Below are positions 47,369 through 55,277 of a stretch of 64,000 nucleotides of DNA, in pieces. Location: positions 2,185 to 66,184 of the forward strand of contig DATIWF010000104.1 of assembly GCA_035519535.1 (NCBI GenBank), given 5' to 3'. Every line of letters begins with the position of its first letter. Positions within the stretch are counted from its first letter, which is position 1. The position numbers were made by a program, and so were the translations under genes. This DNA comes from Vicinamibacterales bacterium. Its GTDB lineage: Bacteria; Acidobacteriota; Vicinamibacteria; Vicinamibacterales; SCN-69-37. The notes beneath the pieces were generated by a model that made no database searches, was not told the DNA's origin, and worked only from the letters and a program-made list of their open reading frames with translations.

Positions 47369-48315
47369 GCCGGACCGCGTCCGAGCAGCTTCCGGAGCGT
47401 GGGCTCGAGGTCCTCGCCGAGGGCGTCGCGGATCGAATCGTGAGCGCGCTTGAGGCGCCGCAGCGCCTGCGGGTAGGTGAGGCCGGCGCGCTTCATGACG
47501 ATGGCGGCCTTGACGTTCCACTTCGCGTCCTTGAGCAGCCCGACGGCCTCGTCGGGCGTCACGCCCGTCACGACCGCGACGATCCGGCGCGCGCGGTCAC
47601 GCAGCTTCTCGGACCCGGTCTGCACGTCCACCATCAGGTTGCCGTAGGTCTTGCCGATGCGAATCATCGCGAGCGTGGTGAGCATGTTCAGCACCATCTT
47701 CGTGGCGGTGCCCGCCTTGAGGCGCGTGGACCCCGCGATGACTTCGGGCCCGACCGCCGGCGCGATGATCAGATCGACGAAGGTCTGAAGCTCGGTGCCC
47801 GGCCAGCACGTCACGAAGATGATGCGCGCGCCCTTCTTGCGCGCGCCGGTGAGCGCGCCGCGCACGAACTGCGTGATGCCGCTCGCCGAGACGCCGATGA
47901 CGACGTCGCGTTTGGAGACACGGAGCCGCGAGACGCTGCGCGCGCCCTCCTCGAAGTTGTCCTCGACGCCCTCGCGCGCGCGAAACACCGCCTCCTGGCC
48001 GCCGGCCATGATGGCCTGCACGAGCTTGGGCGGCGTGCCGAACGTCGGCGGCATCTCCGCCGCTTCGACGATGCCCAGCCGGCCGCTCGTCCCGGCGCCC
48101 ACCAGAAACAGCCGGCCGCCTTTTCTGAGCGCGCCCGTGATGATCTCCACGCCGTGCGCGATGCGCTCGCGCTCCCGGTGCACGGCGGCGACGACCCGAC
48201 GGTCCTCCGCGCTGACCAACTCGACCATGTCGAGCACCGACATCTTGTCGATGCCGAGCGTGGCCGGGTTGATGGCTTCAGTGGGCAGATCCTGCCACTT
48301 CGAGTGGTACGGCAT
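47365..48315 (-). CDS. murQ: N-acetylmuramic acid 6-phosphate etherase
   Basis: 316 aa from ATG 48313-48315, with a SIS domain (FLVGAGTSGRLG, EMPPTFG, VIGVSASG, AGSTRLKAGTATK). Confidence 0.9.
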   Translation of the reverse strand: MPYHSKWQDLPTEAINPATLGIDKMSVLDMVELVSAEDRRVVAAVHRERERIAHGVEIITGALRKGGRLFLVGAGTSGRLGIVEAAEMPPTFGTPPKLVQAIMAGGQEAVFRAREGVEDNFEEGARSVSRLRVSKRDVVIGVSASGITQFVRGALTGARKKGARIIFVTCWPGTELQTFVDLIIAPAVGPEVIAGSTRLKAGTATKMVLNMLTTLAMIRIGKTYGNLMVDVQTGSEKLRDRARRIVAVVTGVTPDEAVGLLKDAKWNVKAAIVMKRAGLTYPQALRRLKRAHDSIRDALGEDLEPTLRKLLGRGPA

Positions 48316-48446
48316 GGCGGACGCGGCTGACGCGAACCGGCCTAGCGTACTCGGATAGCATGACAACCGCAATGCGTCGGCGCCCTGCGCACCCACCGCC
48401 CGCCCGGCGCGGCCCCGGCGCGCCCGACGAGGTGCCGCGCCCGCCG

Positions 48447-49328
48447 ATGGCGATCGTGCGCTACCTGCGCCACGTCGAGATCGAGCGCCGGATGGCCGCC
48501 AACACGATCGAAGCCTATCGGCGCGATCTGATCCGGCTCGCGCAGTTCGCGGCCGGCCGCGATCGCCCGCTCGAAGCGCTCGACCGCGCCGATCTCGAGG
48601 CCTTCGTCCGCGAGTCGATGGCGGGCGGGCTGTCGCCGACGTCCACGGCGCGGATCGTCGCGACCGTGCGGGGGTTCTACCGGTTCCTGCGGCTCCTCGG
48701 CGAGATCGCGCAGAACCCGGCCGACGATCTTCATGCGCCGCGGACGCTCTCGTCGCTGCCGCACTCGATCGCGCTCGAGGAGATCGACGCGCTGCTGGCG
48801 GCGCCCGACGTGTCCACGCCGAAGGGCCTGCGCGACCGCGCGCTGATCGAAGTGCTCTATGCGACCGGCCTCCGCGTCTCCGAGCTCGTCGGCCTGCGGA
48901 TTGCCGACCTGCGCGCGGACGAGGGCTACCTGAAGTGCTTCGGGAAGGGCAGCAAGCAGCGCGTGGTGCCGATCGGCGACGAGGCCGTGCGCTGGGTGCG
49001 GCGCTACCTCGCCAATGCGCGGCCGCGCCTCGTCGGGCGCCGCGAGAGCCCGTTCCTCTTCGTCAACGCGCGCGGCGGCGGCCGGCTGACGCGGCTCGGC
49101 TTCTGGAAACTCCTCAAAGCCTACGGCCGGCAAGCGGGCGTGCGCGGCCGGCTCAGCCCGCACGTGCTGCGCCACTCGTTCGCGACGCACCTGCTCGAAC
49201 GCGGCGCGGACCTTCGCGCCATCCAGGCCATGCTCGGCCACGCCGATCTGTCGACGACGCAGATCTACACGCACGTGCTCGAAGCGCGGCTGCGCCAGGT
49301 CTACGACCGCTTCCACCCGCGGGCGTAG
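48447..49328 (+). CDS. xerD: Tyrosine recombinase XerD (chromosome dimer resolution)
   Basis: It has a core-binding domain (TIEAYRRDLIRL) and catalytic R-H-R-H-Y blocks (ATGLRVSELVGL, HVLRHSFATHLL, LGHADLSTTQIYTHV). ATG 48447 gives a canonical ~293-aa protein. The track start 48360 adds a Pro/Arg-rich 29-aa extension and is less likely. Confidence 0.88.
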   Translation: MAIVRYLRHVEIERRMAANTIEAYRRDLIRLAQFAAGRDRPLEALDRADLEAFVRESMAGGLSPTSTARIVATVRGFYRFLRLLGEIAQNPADDLHAPRTLSSLPHSIALEEIDALLAAPDVSTPKGLRDRALIEVLYATGLRVSELVGLRIADLRADEGYLKCFGKGSKQRVVPIGDEAVRWVRRYLANARPRLVGRRESPFLFVNARGGGRLTRLGFWKLLKAYGRQAGVRGRLSPHVLRHSFATHLLERGADLRAIQAMLGHADLSTTQIYTHVLEARLRQVYDRFHPRA

Positions 49329-49336
49329 CGCGCGGC

Positions 49337-49506
49337 GTGCGTAGTGCTGGGTGCTGGGTGCTCGGTGCTTGGTGCGGTGCTGCGTGCCCGGTGCGGCAAC
49401 GACGTCCGGGAATGCCGGCGGCGTCCGCTCGAAGGCGGACGCGCCGCACCGGCATCAAGCAACGCACTCGGCGCCGCGCACCGAGCAGCCGGCACCCCGC
49501 ACCGAG
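49337..49506. repeat. ~170-nt imperfect palindromic element built from 7-nt-periodic GTGCNNG repeats
   Basis: The left arm is GTGCGTA GTGCTGG GTGCTGG GTGCTCG GTGCTTG GTGCGGT.... Three nested complementary segments were verified. 49359-49368 pairs with 49478-49487 (10 bp). 49388-49397 pairs with 49443-49452 (10 bp). 49421-49428 pairs with 49435-49442 (8 bp, loop TCGAAG). Confidence 0.6.
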
Positions 49507-49509
49507 AAT

Positions 49510-49538
49510 TTGACCGCCCCGCGCGCGTCTAGTACGCT
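49510..49538 (+). promoter_or_regulatory. Candidate sigma70-type promoter TTGACC-N17-TACGCT for metK
   Basis: TTGACC is at 49510-49515 and TACGCT at 49533-49538, 48 nt upstream of the ATG at 49587. The -10 hexamer and spacing are the same as in the tolQ candidate promoter. Confidence 0.4.
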
Positions 49539-49586
49539 TAGCTGTTCCGCGGGCGGATGAATTCCCCGCGTGTAAGGAGTCGCTCC

Positions 49587-50738
49587 ATGGGGCGCAACGG
49601 CCGCCATTTGTTCACGTCCGAGTCAGTCACCGAAGGCCATCCCGACAAGATCGCCGACCAGATCTCCGACGGCATCCTCGATTCCATCCTGGCGCAGGAT
49701 CCAGTCGCGCGCGTCGCGTGCGAGACGCTCGTCACGACGGGCCTGGCGATCATCGCCGGAGAGATCACGACCAACTGCTACGTCGATTTTCAGAAGATCG
49801 TCCGCGAGGTGATCAAGGACGTCGGCTATACGCGCGCAAAATACGGCTTCGACTACGAGACGTGCTCGGTGCTCTCGTCGATCCACGAGCAGTCGCGCGA
49901 CATCGGCCAGGGCGTCGACACCGGCGGCGCCGGCGACCAGGGCCTGATGTTCGGCTTCGCGTGCACGGAAACACCCGAGCTGATGCCGCTGCCGATCATG
50001 CTGGCCCACAAGCTCGTGCGCGGCCTGTCGGAGACGCGCCGCGCCGGCGTGCTCGACTACCTGCGGCCGGACGGCAAGTCGCAGGTCACGGTCGAGTACG
50101 AGGGCACGCGTCCCGTGCGCATCGACGCCATCGTGCTCTCGACGCAGCACAGCCCGACCGTCACGCAGGACACGATTCGCGAGGACCTGATCGAGCGCGT
50201 CGTGAACCAGGCGATTCCGGCCGAACTCGTCGACAAGAAGACGAAAATCTACGTCAATCCGACCGGCCGGTTCGTCACCGGCGGTCCGCACGGCGACGCC
50301 GGCGTCACCGGCCGCAAGATCATCGTGGACACCTACGGCGGCGCCGCGCCGCATGGCGGCGGCGCGTTCTCGGGCAAGGATCCCACCAAGGTCGACCGGT
50401 CCGCGTGCTACCTCGCCCGCCACATCGCGAAGAACGTCGTCGCGGCCGGGCTCGCGGACCGCGCGCTCGTGCAGCTGGCCTACGCGATCGGCGTCGCCGA
50501 TCCCGTGTCGATCCTCGTGGACACGAGCGGGACCGGACGGGTGGCCGATGACAAGCTCGTCGAGCTCGTCCGCGGCCACTTCAAGCTCACGCCGCGCGGC
50601 ATCATCGAGTCCCTCGACTTGCGGCGGCCGATCTACCGCAAGACGGCGGCCTTCGGACACTTCGGACGCCAGGAGCCCGAGTTCACCTGGGAACGCACGG
50701 ACCGCGCGAGCGCGATGCGCGCCGACGCGGGCCTGTAA
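49587..50738 (+). CDS. metK: S-adenosylmethionine synthase
   Basis: 383 aa from ATG 49587 with SD AAGGAG at 49574-49579. Motifs are [24 protein letters not shown] and [16 protein letters not shown]. Confidence 0.97.
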   Translation: MGRNGRHLFTSESVTEGHPDKIADQISDGILDSILAQDPVARVACETLVTTGLAIIAGEITTNCYVDFQKIVREVIKDVGYTRAKYGFDYETCSVLSSIHEQSRDIGQGVDTGGAGDQGLMFGFACTETPELMPLPIMLAHKLVRGLSETRRAGVLDYLRPDGKSQVTVEYEGTRPVRIDAIVLSTQHSPTVTQDTIREDLIERVVNQAIPAELVDKKTKIYVNPTGRFVTGGPHGDAGVTGRKIIVDTYGGAAPHGGGAFSGKDPTKVDRSACYLARHIAKNVVAAGLADRALVQLAYAIGVADPVSILVDTSGTGRVADDKLVELVRGHFKLTPRGIIESLDLRRPIYRKTAAFGHFGRQEPEFTWERTDRASAMRADAGL

Positions 50739-50746
50739 CCCCTCGC

Positions 50747-50775
50747 GCCCGTCCGGCCCGCCAGGCCGGGCGGGC
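50747..50775 (+). terminator. GC-rich hairpin 9 nt after the metK stop; candidate terminator lacking a U-tract
   Basis: A 12-bp stem GCCCGTCCGGCC(50747-50758)/GGCCGGGCGGGC(50764-50775) with one G-U pair and a 5-nt loop. It is followed by CCTGAACC, so there is no T-run. Confidence 0.3.
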
Positions 50776-50793
50776 CCTGAACCTGCCAACGCC

Positions 50794-52482
50794 GTGCCGC
50801 GCCTCCTCCGATCCACGATCCTGATGGCGGCGGCGGTTGCCGCCGGCCTGGCGTGCTACGTCGGCGCGACGCTGCCCCCGCGCACCGTCACGCTCGACGG
50901 CGCCCCGTCACGCCAGACGGTCTTCGGCGCGTACCACATCCACACGAATCGATCCGACGGGTCCGGCACGCCCGACGAGATCGCCGCGGCGGCCGCGCGG
51001 AGCGGCCTCGCCTTCGTGATCGTCACCGACCACGGCGACGGCACGCGTCCGCCCGACCCGCCCGCGTATCGGCACGGCGTGCTGTACGTCGATGCCCTCG
51101 AGATCAACACACTCGCCGGCCACCTCGTCGCGCTGGGGCTGACCGCCGCCGCGCCGTACCCGCTGGCGGGGGAGGCAGCCGACGTGATCGAGGACGTGCA
51201 CCGACTCGGCGGCTGGGCGGTCGTGGCGCACCCGGATTCACCCAATCCCGCGCTGCAGTGGCGTGACTGGACGGTGCCCTACGACGGCGTCGAGTGGCTC
51301 AACGCGGACTCGGAGTGGCGCGGCCAGACGGTCTCGAGTCTGGCGGGCACGGCGCTGCGCGCGATCGTGCGGTCCCCGGAGTCGATCGCGTCGCTGTTCC
51401 GCCGGCCATCCCGCACGCTCCAGCGGTGGGACGATGCGATTCAGTACCGGCCGGTGGTGGCGCTCGCGGCCCTCGACGCGCACGCGCGGCTGCCGTGGCC
51501 GGGCAGCAACGAGCCGCGTCGGCGCACGATCCTGGCGCGGCCTGGCTACGACTCGATGTTTCGCACGCTCCAGCAGGGAGTGATCCTCGACGCGCCGTGG
51601 TCGGGCGACGCCCCGGCTGACGCGTCCCGGCTGCTCCAGGCGATCGAGGGCGGGCGCACGTTTTCGATCGTGCGCGCGCTCGCGGGCCCGGCGGAGCTCC
51701 AGTTCGTCGCGACGCAGGCCGGCCGCTGGGTCGTGATGGGCGGCCGGCTCCCGGACATGAGTCCCGTGCACTTCCACGCCGCCGTGCCGCAGGCGCCGGG
51801 CGTCGAACTGGTGCTCGTGCAGCGGAACCGCGCCTTGGCGAGAGGGAAGGGCAGTCTCGATTGGGCCGGGGGCCCCTCACCCGGCGCGTACCGCGTCGAG
51901 GTGCGCTTCCCCGGAACCGACGTCCCGTGGCTCTTGTCGAACCCGATCTACGCCGGCGTGCCGCCGCTTGACGCGCCCGCCGTCGCGGCGCCACCGGCGA
52001 CGACTGCGGCGCTGGCGCTTGGCGCCGATCGCGGCTGGCGCGCCGAGCACGACGCGGCGTCCCGCGCGGACGTCGCCGCCGGCCCCGCAGACGTCAGCTT
52101 GACGTTCGCGCTGGGCGCGGGCCCGCCGGCCGGACAGTACGCGGCCGTCGTGACCGACGTCGACGGCGAGGAGGCATTCGACGCGGTGCAGTTCACAGCC
52201 CGAGCCGATCGGCCGATGCGCGTCTCGCTGCAGGTGCGGCTGCTCAGCGGCCAGCGCTGGCGGCGCTCGGTGTACGTCGACGGCGCGGCGCGATCGGTGG
52301 TCGTGCACCTCGACGAGTTCGAGCGGGTCGAGACCGCGTCGGTCCTCCGGCCGAACGCGGCGCGAATTCGCAGTGTGCTCTTCGTCGTGGACACGCTCAA
52401 CACGACGCCCGGCACGCGCGGCAGCCTCACGCTGTCGAACGTCGCGCTGTCACGCGCGCCGGTCGTCGACGCGGGGAAGTAG
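50794..52482 (+). CDS. PHP-domain (CehA/McbA-like) metal-dependent phosphoesterase with N-terminal TM helix and uncharacterised C-terminal beta-rich domain
   Basis: It has PHP motifs HIHTNRSDGSG and FVIVTDHGD and an N-terminal hydrophobic segment (ILMAAAVAAGLACYVGA). The start is GTG 50794 or ATG 50824. The 5' part of the track ORF (from 50353) overlaps metK and is rejected. Confidence 0.7.
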   Translation: MPRLLRSTILMAAAVAAGLACYVGATLPPRTVTLDGAPSRQTVFGAYHIHTNRSDGSGTPDEIAAAAARSGLAFVIVTDHGDGTRPPDPPAYRHGVLYVDALEINTLAGHLVALGLTAAAPYPLAGEAADVIEDVHRLGGWAVVAHPDSPNPALQWRDWTVPYDGVEWLNADSEWRGQTVSSLAGTALRAIVRSPESIASLFRRPSRTLQRWDDAIQYRPVVALAALDAHARLPWPGSNEPRRRTILARPGYDSMFRTLQQGVILDAPWSGDAPADASRLLQAIEGGRTFSIVRALAGPAELQFVATQAGRWVVMGGRLPDMSPVHFHAAVPQAPGVELVLVQRNRALARGKGSLDWAGGPSPGAYRVEVRFPGTDVPWLLSNPIYAGVPPLDAPAVAAPPATTAALALGADRGWRAEHDAASRADVAAGPADVSLTFALGAGPPAGQYAAVVTDVDGEEAFDAVQFTARADRPMRVSLQVRLLSGQRWRRSVYVDGAARSVVVHLDEFERVETASVLRPNAARIRSVLFVVDTLNTTPGTRGSLTLSNVALSRAPVVDAGK

Positions 52483-52484
52483 CG

Positions 52485-54809
52485 TCAGGTCCGCACCGTC
52501 AGCATCAGATAGCCGGCGCCCGCCAGGAACAGGACGTTCGCAGCCCACGCCGCGAGCGGCGCCGGCAGAATGGCGGCCGTGCCCATCGCGACGAAGACCG
52601 TCATGAGGAGCCAGTAGCCGAGCGCGAGCACGAGCGCCAGCCCGATGCCGTACAGCGCGCCGCGGCGGCCGGTCGTCACGCCGAAGGGCACCCCGAGCAG
52701 CGTCATCACGAGCGTCACGAGCGGAAACGCGATCTTCTTCTGCAGGTTCACGCGCTGTTCCGCGACGCTGAAGCCGCTCGCGCCCAGGCGGGCGATGTAG
52801 GCGCGCAGCTCGCCGAACGTCATCACGTCGGCCCCGACCTGGGCCGCGCTGAAGTTGGCCGGATCGCCGAAATCCACCGTACGCGTCGTGAAGGACTCGC
52901 GCATCTTCCCGCCCCGCGGCTGGAAGCGCTGCACCCAGCCCGCCTCGGCGAGCCAGGCCCGGTCGCTCGGCCGGAACGAGGCGCGCCGGGCGTGCGTGTG
53001 GAGCGTCAGGCGGTACGGCGAAGGGGCCGTGTCGAAAATCGACGCATCGTAGAGCGTGGTCCGCCGCGGATCGTAGGCGAGGTAGTAGTAGAGCCGCCCG
53101 TTCTCGCCGGCGAGCCAGTTGCGGTTCTCGACGTCGAGCGTGCGGGCCGGCCGGCCGTGGATGACGTCGCTCAGGGCGTCGGCCTTGCGCTGGGCCTGGG
53201 CAATGACCCGCTCCTGCAGGAAGAACAGCAGGCCGCTCCACACGAGCGCGAGGGCCAGGAGCGGCACCGCCGCCCGATAGAGGCTGACGCCGCAGGCGCG
53301 CATCACGGTCAGCTCGCTCGAGCGGGTGAGCCCGCCGATGGTCGCGAGCACGGCGACGAGCGTGGCGGTCGGCACGACGTACGCGATGAACTGCGGCGTC
53401 GAGTACCAGAGATACTGGCCGAGGATGCCCGCGGTGGCCTGGCCCTTCAGGACCTTGTCGGACAGGTCGATGACGGTCCCGATGTAGTACAGGCCGAGGA
53501 ACGCCGCGAATGCCAGGGCCGCCACGCGCAGGTACTGCGCGCTCACGTAGACGTCGAGCAGCCGCGGTCGCGGGACGGCCAGCACCGGCACGCGAATGAC
53601 CACGACGACCCGGCGGCCGCCCCCGGCCGCCGCCGAGCCGACCCGCGGGCGGGCGAGCCACTGGAGGAAGCGATCGATCGCCGCCGGAATGGCGAGCGCC
53701 GCGCCGGCGGCGCGCTCGCGCTTCCACAACAGCCAGAGGCCCAGGACGCCCAGGGCGATGTTCGGCACCCAGCGCGCCCAGACGGGCGAGAAGTGGTTGC
53801 CCTTGGTGAGGGCCTCGGCGACCTCGAGCAACGCGTAGTAGACGAAGATCACGACCAAGCCCAGGGTGAGGCCGGCGAGCTTGCCCTCCTTCCGCGTGTG
53901 CAGACCGAGCGCGAGGCCGATCATCGCGAACACCAGGCACGCCGCGGGGAAGGAGAACTTCTGATGCAGGTACATCACCGCCTGGCGCGCCGTGCCGCCC
54001 GCGCGCCGGTCGGCGTCGATCAGCTTCTCGAGGTCCGCGATCGACATCTCCGGCAGGCCGCGGTCCAGGTTCCCGGAGCCGAAGACGGAGTCGGCCGGAA
54101 TCTGGATGCGCAGGGGCTCGCTCGTCTCGGTCGTGTCGTAGACGGTCGGGTCGGCGCCGGGCAGGTACTGGCGGGCCTGATAGAGCCAGAGGTCCACCTC
54201 GTGCCTGGGCGAATCGAGGACGAGCTGGGCCGACTCGGCGAGGGTCACGCTGGGCCGGCCGGGCTGGCTGGTGTCCGCCAGGAACACCCCCTGCCAGCCC
54301 CCACCGGGACGGTTGCCCCGGACGTAGAGGACCTTGCCCGGGAAGCCTTCGTAGAACTGGCCGGCCTTGACGTCCGTGTCGGTCTGCTGCGTCAGCAGGT
54401 GAAAGGTCACCTCGCGGAAGCGCTGGTTCCCGTTGGGGACCGCCTCGACCATGACGTAGAGGTCGGCGGCGGCGACGATCACGGTGAAGAGCAGCACCGG
54501 GCGCAGGAGCCGGAGGGGGTTGACGCCGCACGCCAGGAGCGCCACGGCTTCCCGGTCGCCGGACAGGCGCCCGAGGGCCATCAGCAATCCGGCGAGGAGC
54601 GCCATCGGGATCGTGACGCCGAGCGACTGCGGCAAGAGGGTCAGCAGGAGGAAGCCGACCGTCGGCAGCGGGACGTTCTTCGCGAGCAGGTTCTGCGCGT
54701 AGTTCAGCATCGGCTGGACGGCCAGCGCAAACGTGAACACCCCAAGCGCCAGGAAGAACGGCGGCAGGATTTCCCGCAGCAGGTAGCGGTCCAGCGTGCG
54801 CAACATCAT
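52485..54809 (-). CDS. Fused LPS export permease LptF-LptG (two YjgP/YjgQ modules in one polypeptide)
   Basis: 774 aa in one uninterrupted ORF. Module 1 begins LRTLDRYLLREILPPFFLALGVFTF... and contains SGDREAVALLACGVNPLRL. Module 2 begins LLDVYVSAQYLRVAALAFAAFLGLYY... and contains RSSELTVMRACGVSLYR. Each module has a beta-jellyroll-like middle region and C-terminal TM helices. Confidence 0.8.
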   Translation of the reverse strand: MMLRTLDRYLLREILPPFFLALGVFTFALAVQPMLNYAQNLLAKNVPLPTVGFLLLTLLPQSLGVTIPMALLAGLLMALGRLSGDREAVALLACGVNPLRLLRPVLLFTVIVAAADLYVMVEAVPNGNQRFREVTFHLLTQQTDTDVKAGQFYEGFPGKVLYVRGNRPGGGWQGVFLADTSQPGRPSVTLAESAQLVLDSPRHEVDLWLYQARQYLPGADPTVYDTTETSEPLRIQIPADSVFGSGNLDRGLPEMSIADLEKLIDADRRAGGTARQAVMYLHQKFSFPAACLVFAMIGLALGLHTRKEGKLAGLTLGLVVIFVYYALLEVAEALTKGNHFSPVWARWVPNIALGVLGLWLLWKRERAAGAALAIPAAIDRFLQWLARPRVGSAAAGGGRRVVVVIRVPVLAVPRPRLLDVYVSAQYLRVAALAFAAFLGLYYIGTVIDLSDKVLKGQATAGILGQYLWYSTPQFIAYVVPTATLVAVLATIGGLTRSSELTVMRACGVSLYRAAVPLLALALVWSGLLFFLQERVIAQAQRKADALSDVIHGRPARTLDVENRNWLAGENGRLYYYLAYDPRRTTLYDASIFDTAPSPYRLTLHTHARRASFRPSDRAWLAEAGWVQRFQPRGGKMRESFTTRTVDFGDPANFSAAQVGADVMTFGELRAYIARLGASGFSVAEQRVNLQKKIAFPLVTLVMTLLGVPFGVTTGRRGALYGIGLALVLALGYWLLMTVFVAMGTAAILPAPLAAWAANVLFLAGAGYLMLTVRT

Positions 54810-55025
54810 GAGTGACGACGAGGGGACGTTAGCACAGCGAGTGGGCGTCCCCGGGGGGGCCCCGGGGGTTTCCGCGAGACGCGCCGAGGCACGCGCACAA
54901 ACCTTCCACAGCCTGGATGTAGGCGTGATTTCGCCAACGTCTGATAAGATATGTTATGTTTACTTGAAGCCATCCAGCCAGAGACCGGCCATGGTTCGAC
55001 GGGCCGCCAGGCCCTGCGCGCCGCT

Positions 55026-55125
55026 CCTCTGGCGGTCCCGGTCCACGGGCTCCTCACGCTCGGCATCTGCTCGCGGCCTCTGGCGGTCCCGGCCCACGGG
55101 CTCCTCACGCGGCATCTGCTCGCGG
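55026..55125. repeat. Tandem direct duplication of a 51-bp unit (second copy 49 bp)
   Basis: Copy 1 (55026-55076) is CCTCTGGCGGTCCCGGTCCACGGGCTCCTCACGCTCGGCATCTGCTCGCGG. Copy 2 (55077-55125) is identical except for one T>C change and a 2-nt (TC) deletion. It lies in the 468-bp parB-lptFG intergenic region. Confidence 0.85.
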
Positions 55126-55277
55126 CCTTCGCTGCGGACCGCCAACACTTCGCTGCTGAACTGCCAGCGCACTGGCCCCCGACACTCTCGATCGTTTTCT
55201 GATTCTTGTTGGCGCTTGCGGGAGGCATGCACGCCCCGGCGGGAATCGCGCGCGCCACGGCGCGTGCGGACGCAGCG

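Noticed and set aside
48447-49328. Tyrosine recombinase considered as a marker of an integrated mobile element, and the tRNA-Arg at 8165 considered as an integration hotspot.
   Set aside because: The sequence is a canonical XerD (core-binding domain plus R-H-R-H-Y). It is flanked by housekeeping genes (murQ, metK). There are no att-like direct repeats, phage or conjugation genes. Nothing integrase-like is near the tRNA.
49507-49586. A SAM riboswitch in front of metK.
   Set aside because: No SAM-I, SAM-II, SAM-IV, SAM-V, SAM-VI or SAM-SAH consensus is recognisable by eye. The leader implied by the candidate promoter is only ~40 nt. An Rfam scan is needed to be sure.
55026-55125. The tandem 51-bp repeats considered as a CRISPR array or as an internal repeat of a small protein (ORF 54951..55202, 83 aa).
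   Set aside because: There are only two directly abutting copies with no spacers and no cas genes, so it is not CRISPR. The copies differ by a 2-nt indel that shifts the frame. The ORF begins with atypically AT-rich codons and has no SD, so coding is unlikely. It is kept only as a non-coding repeat.
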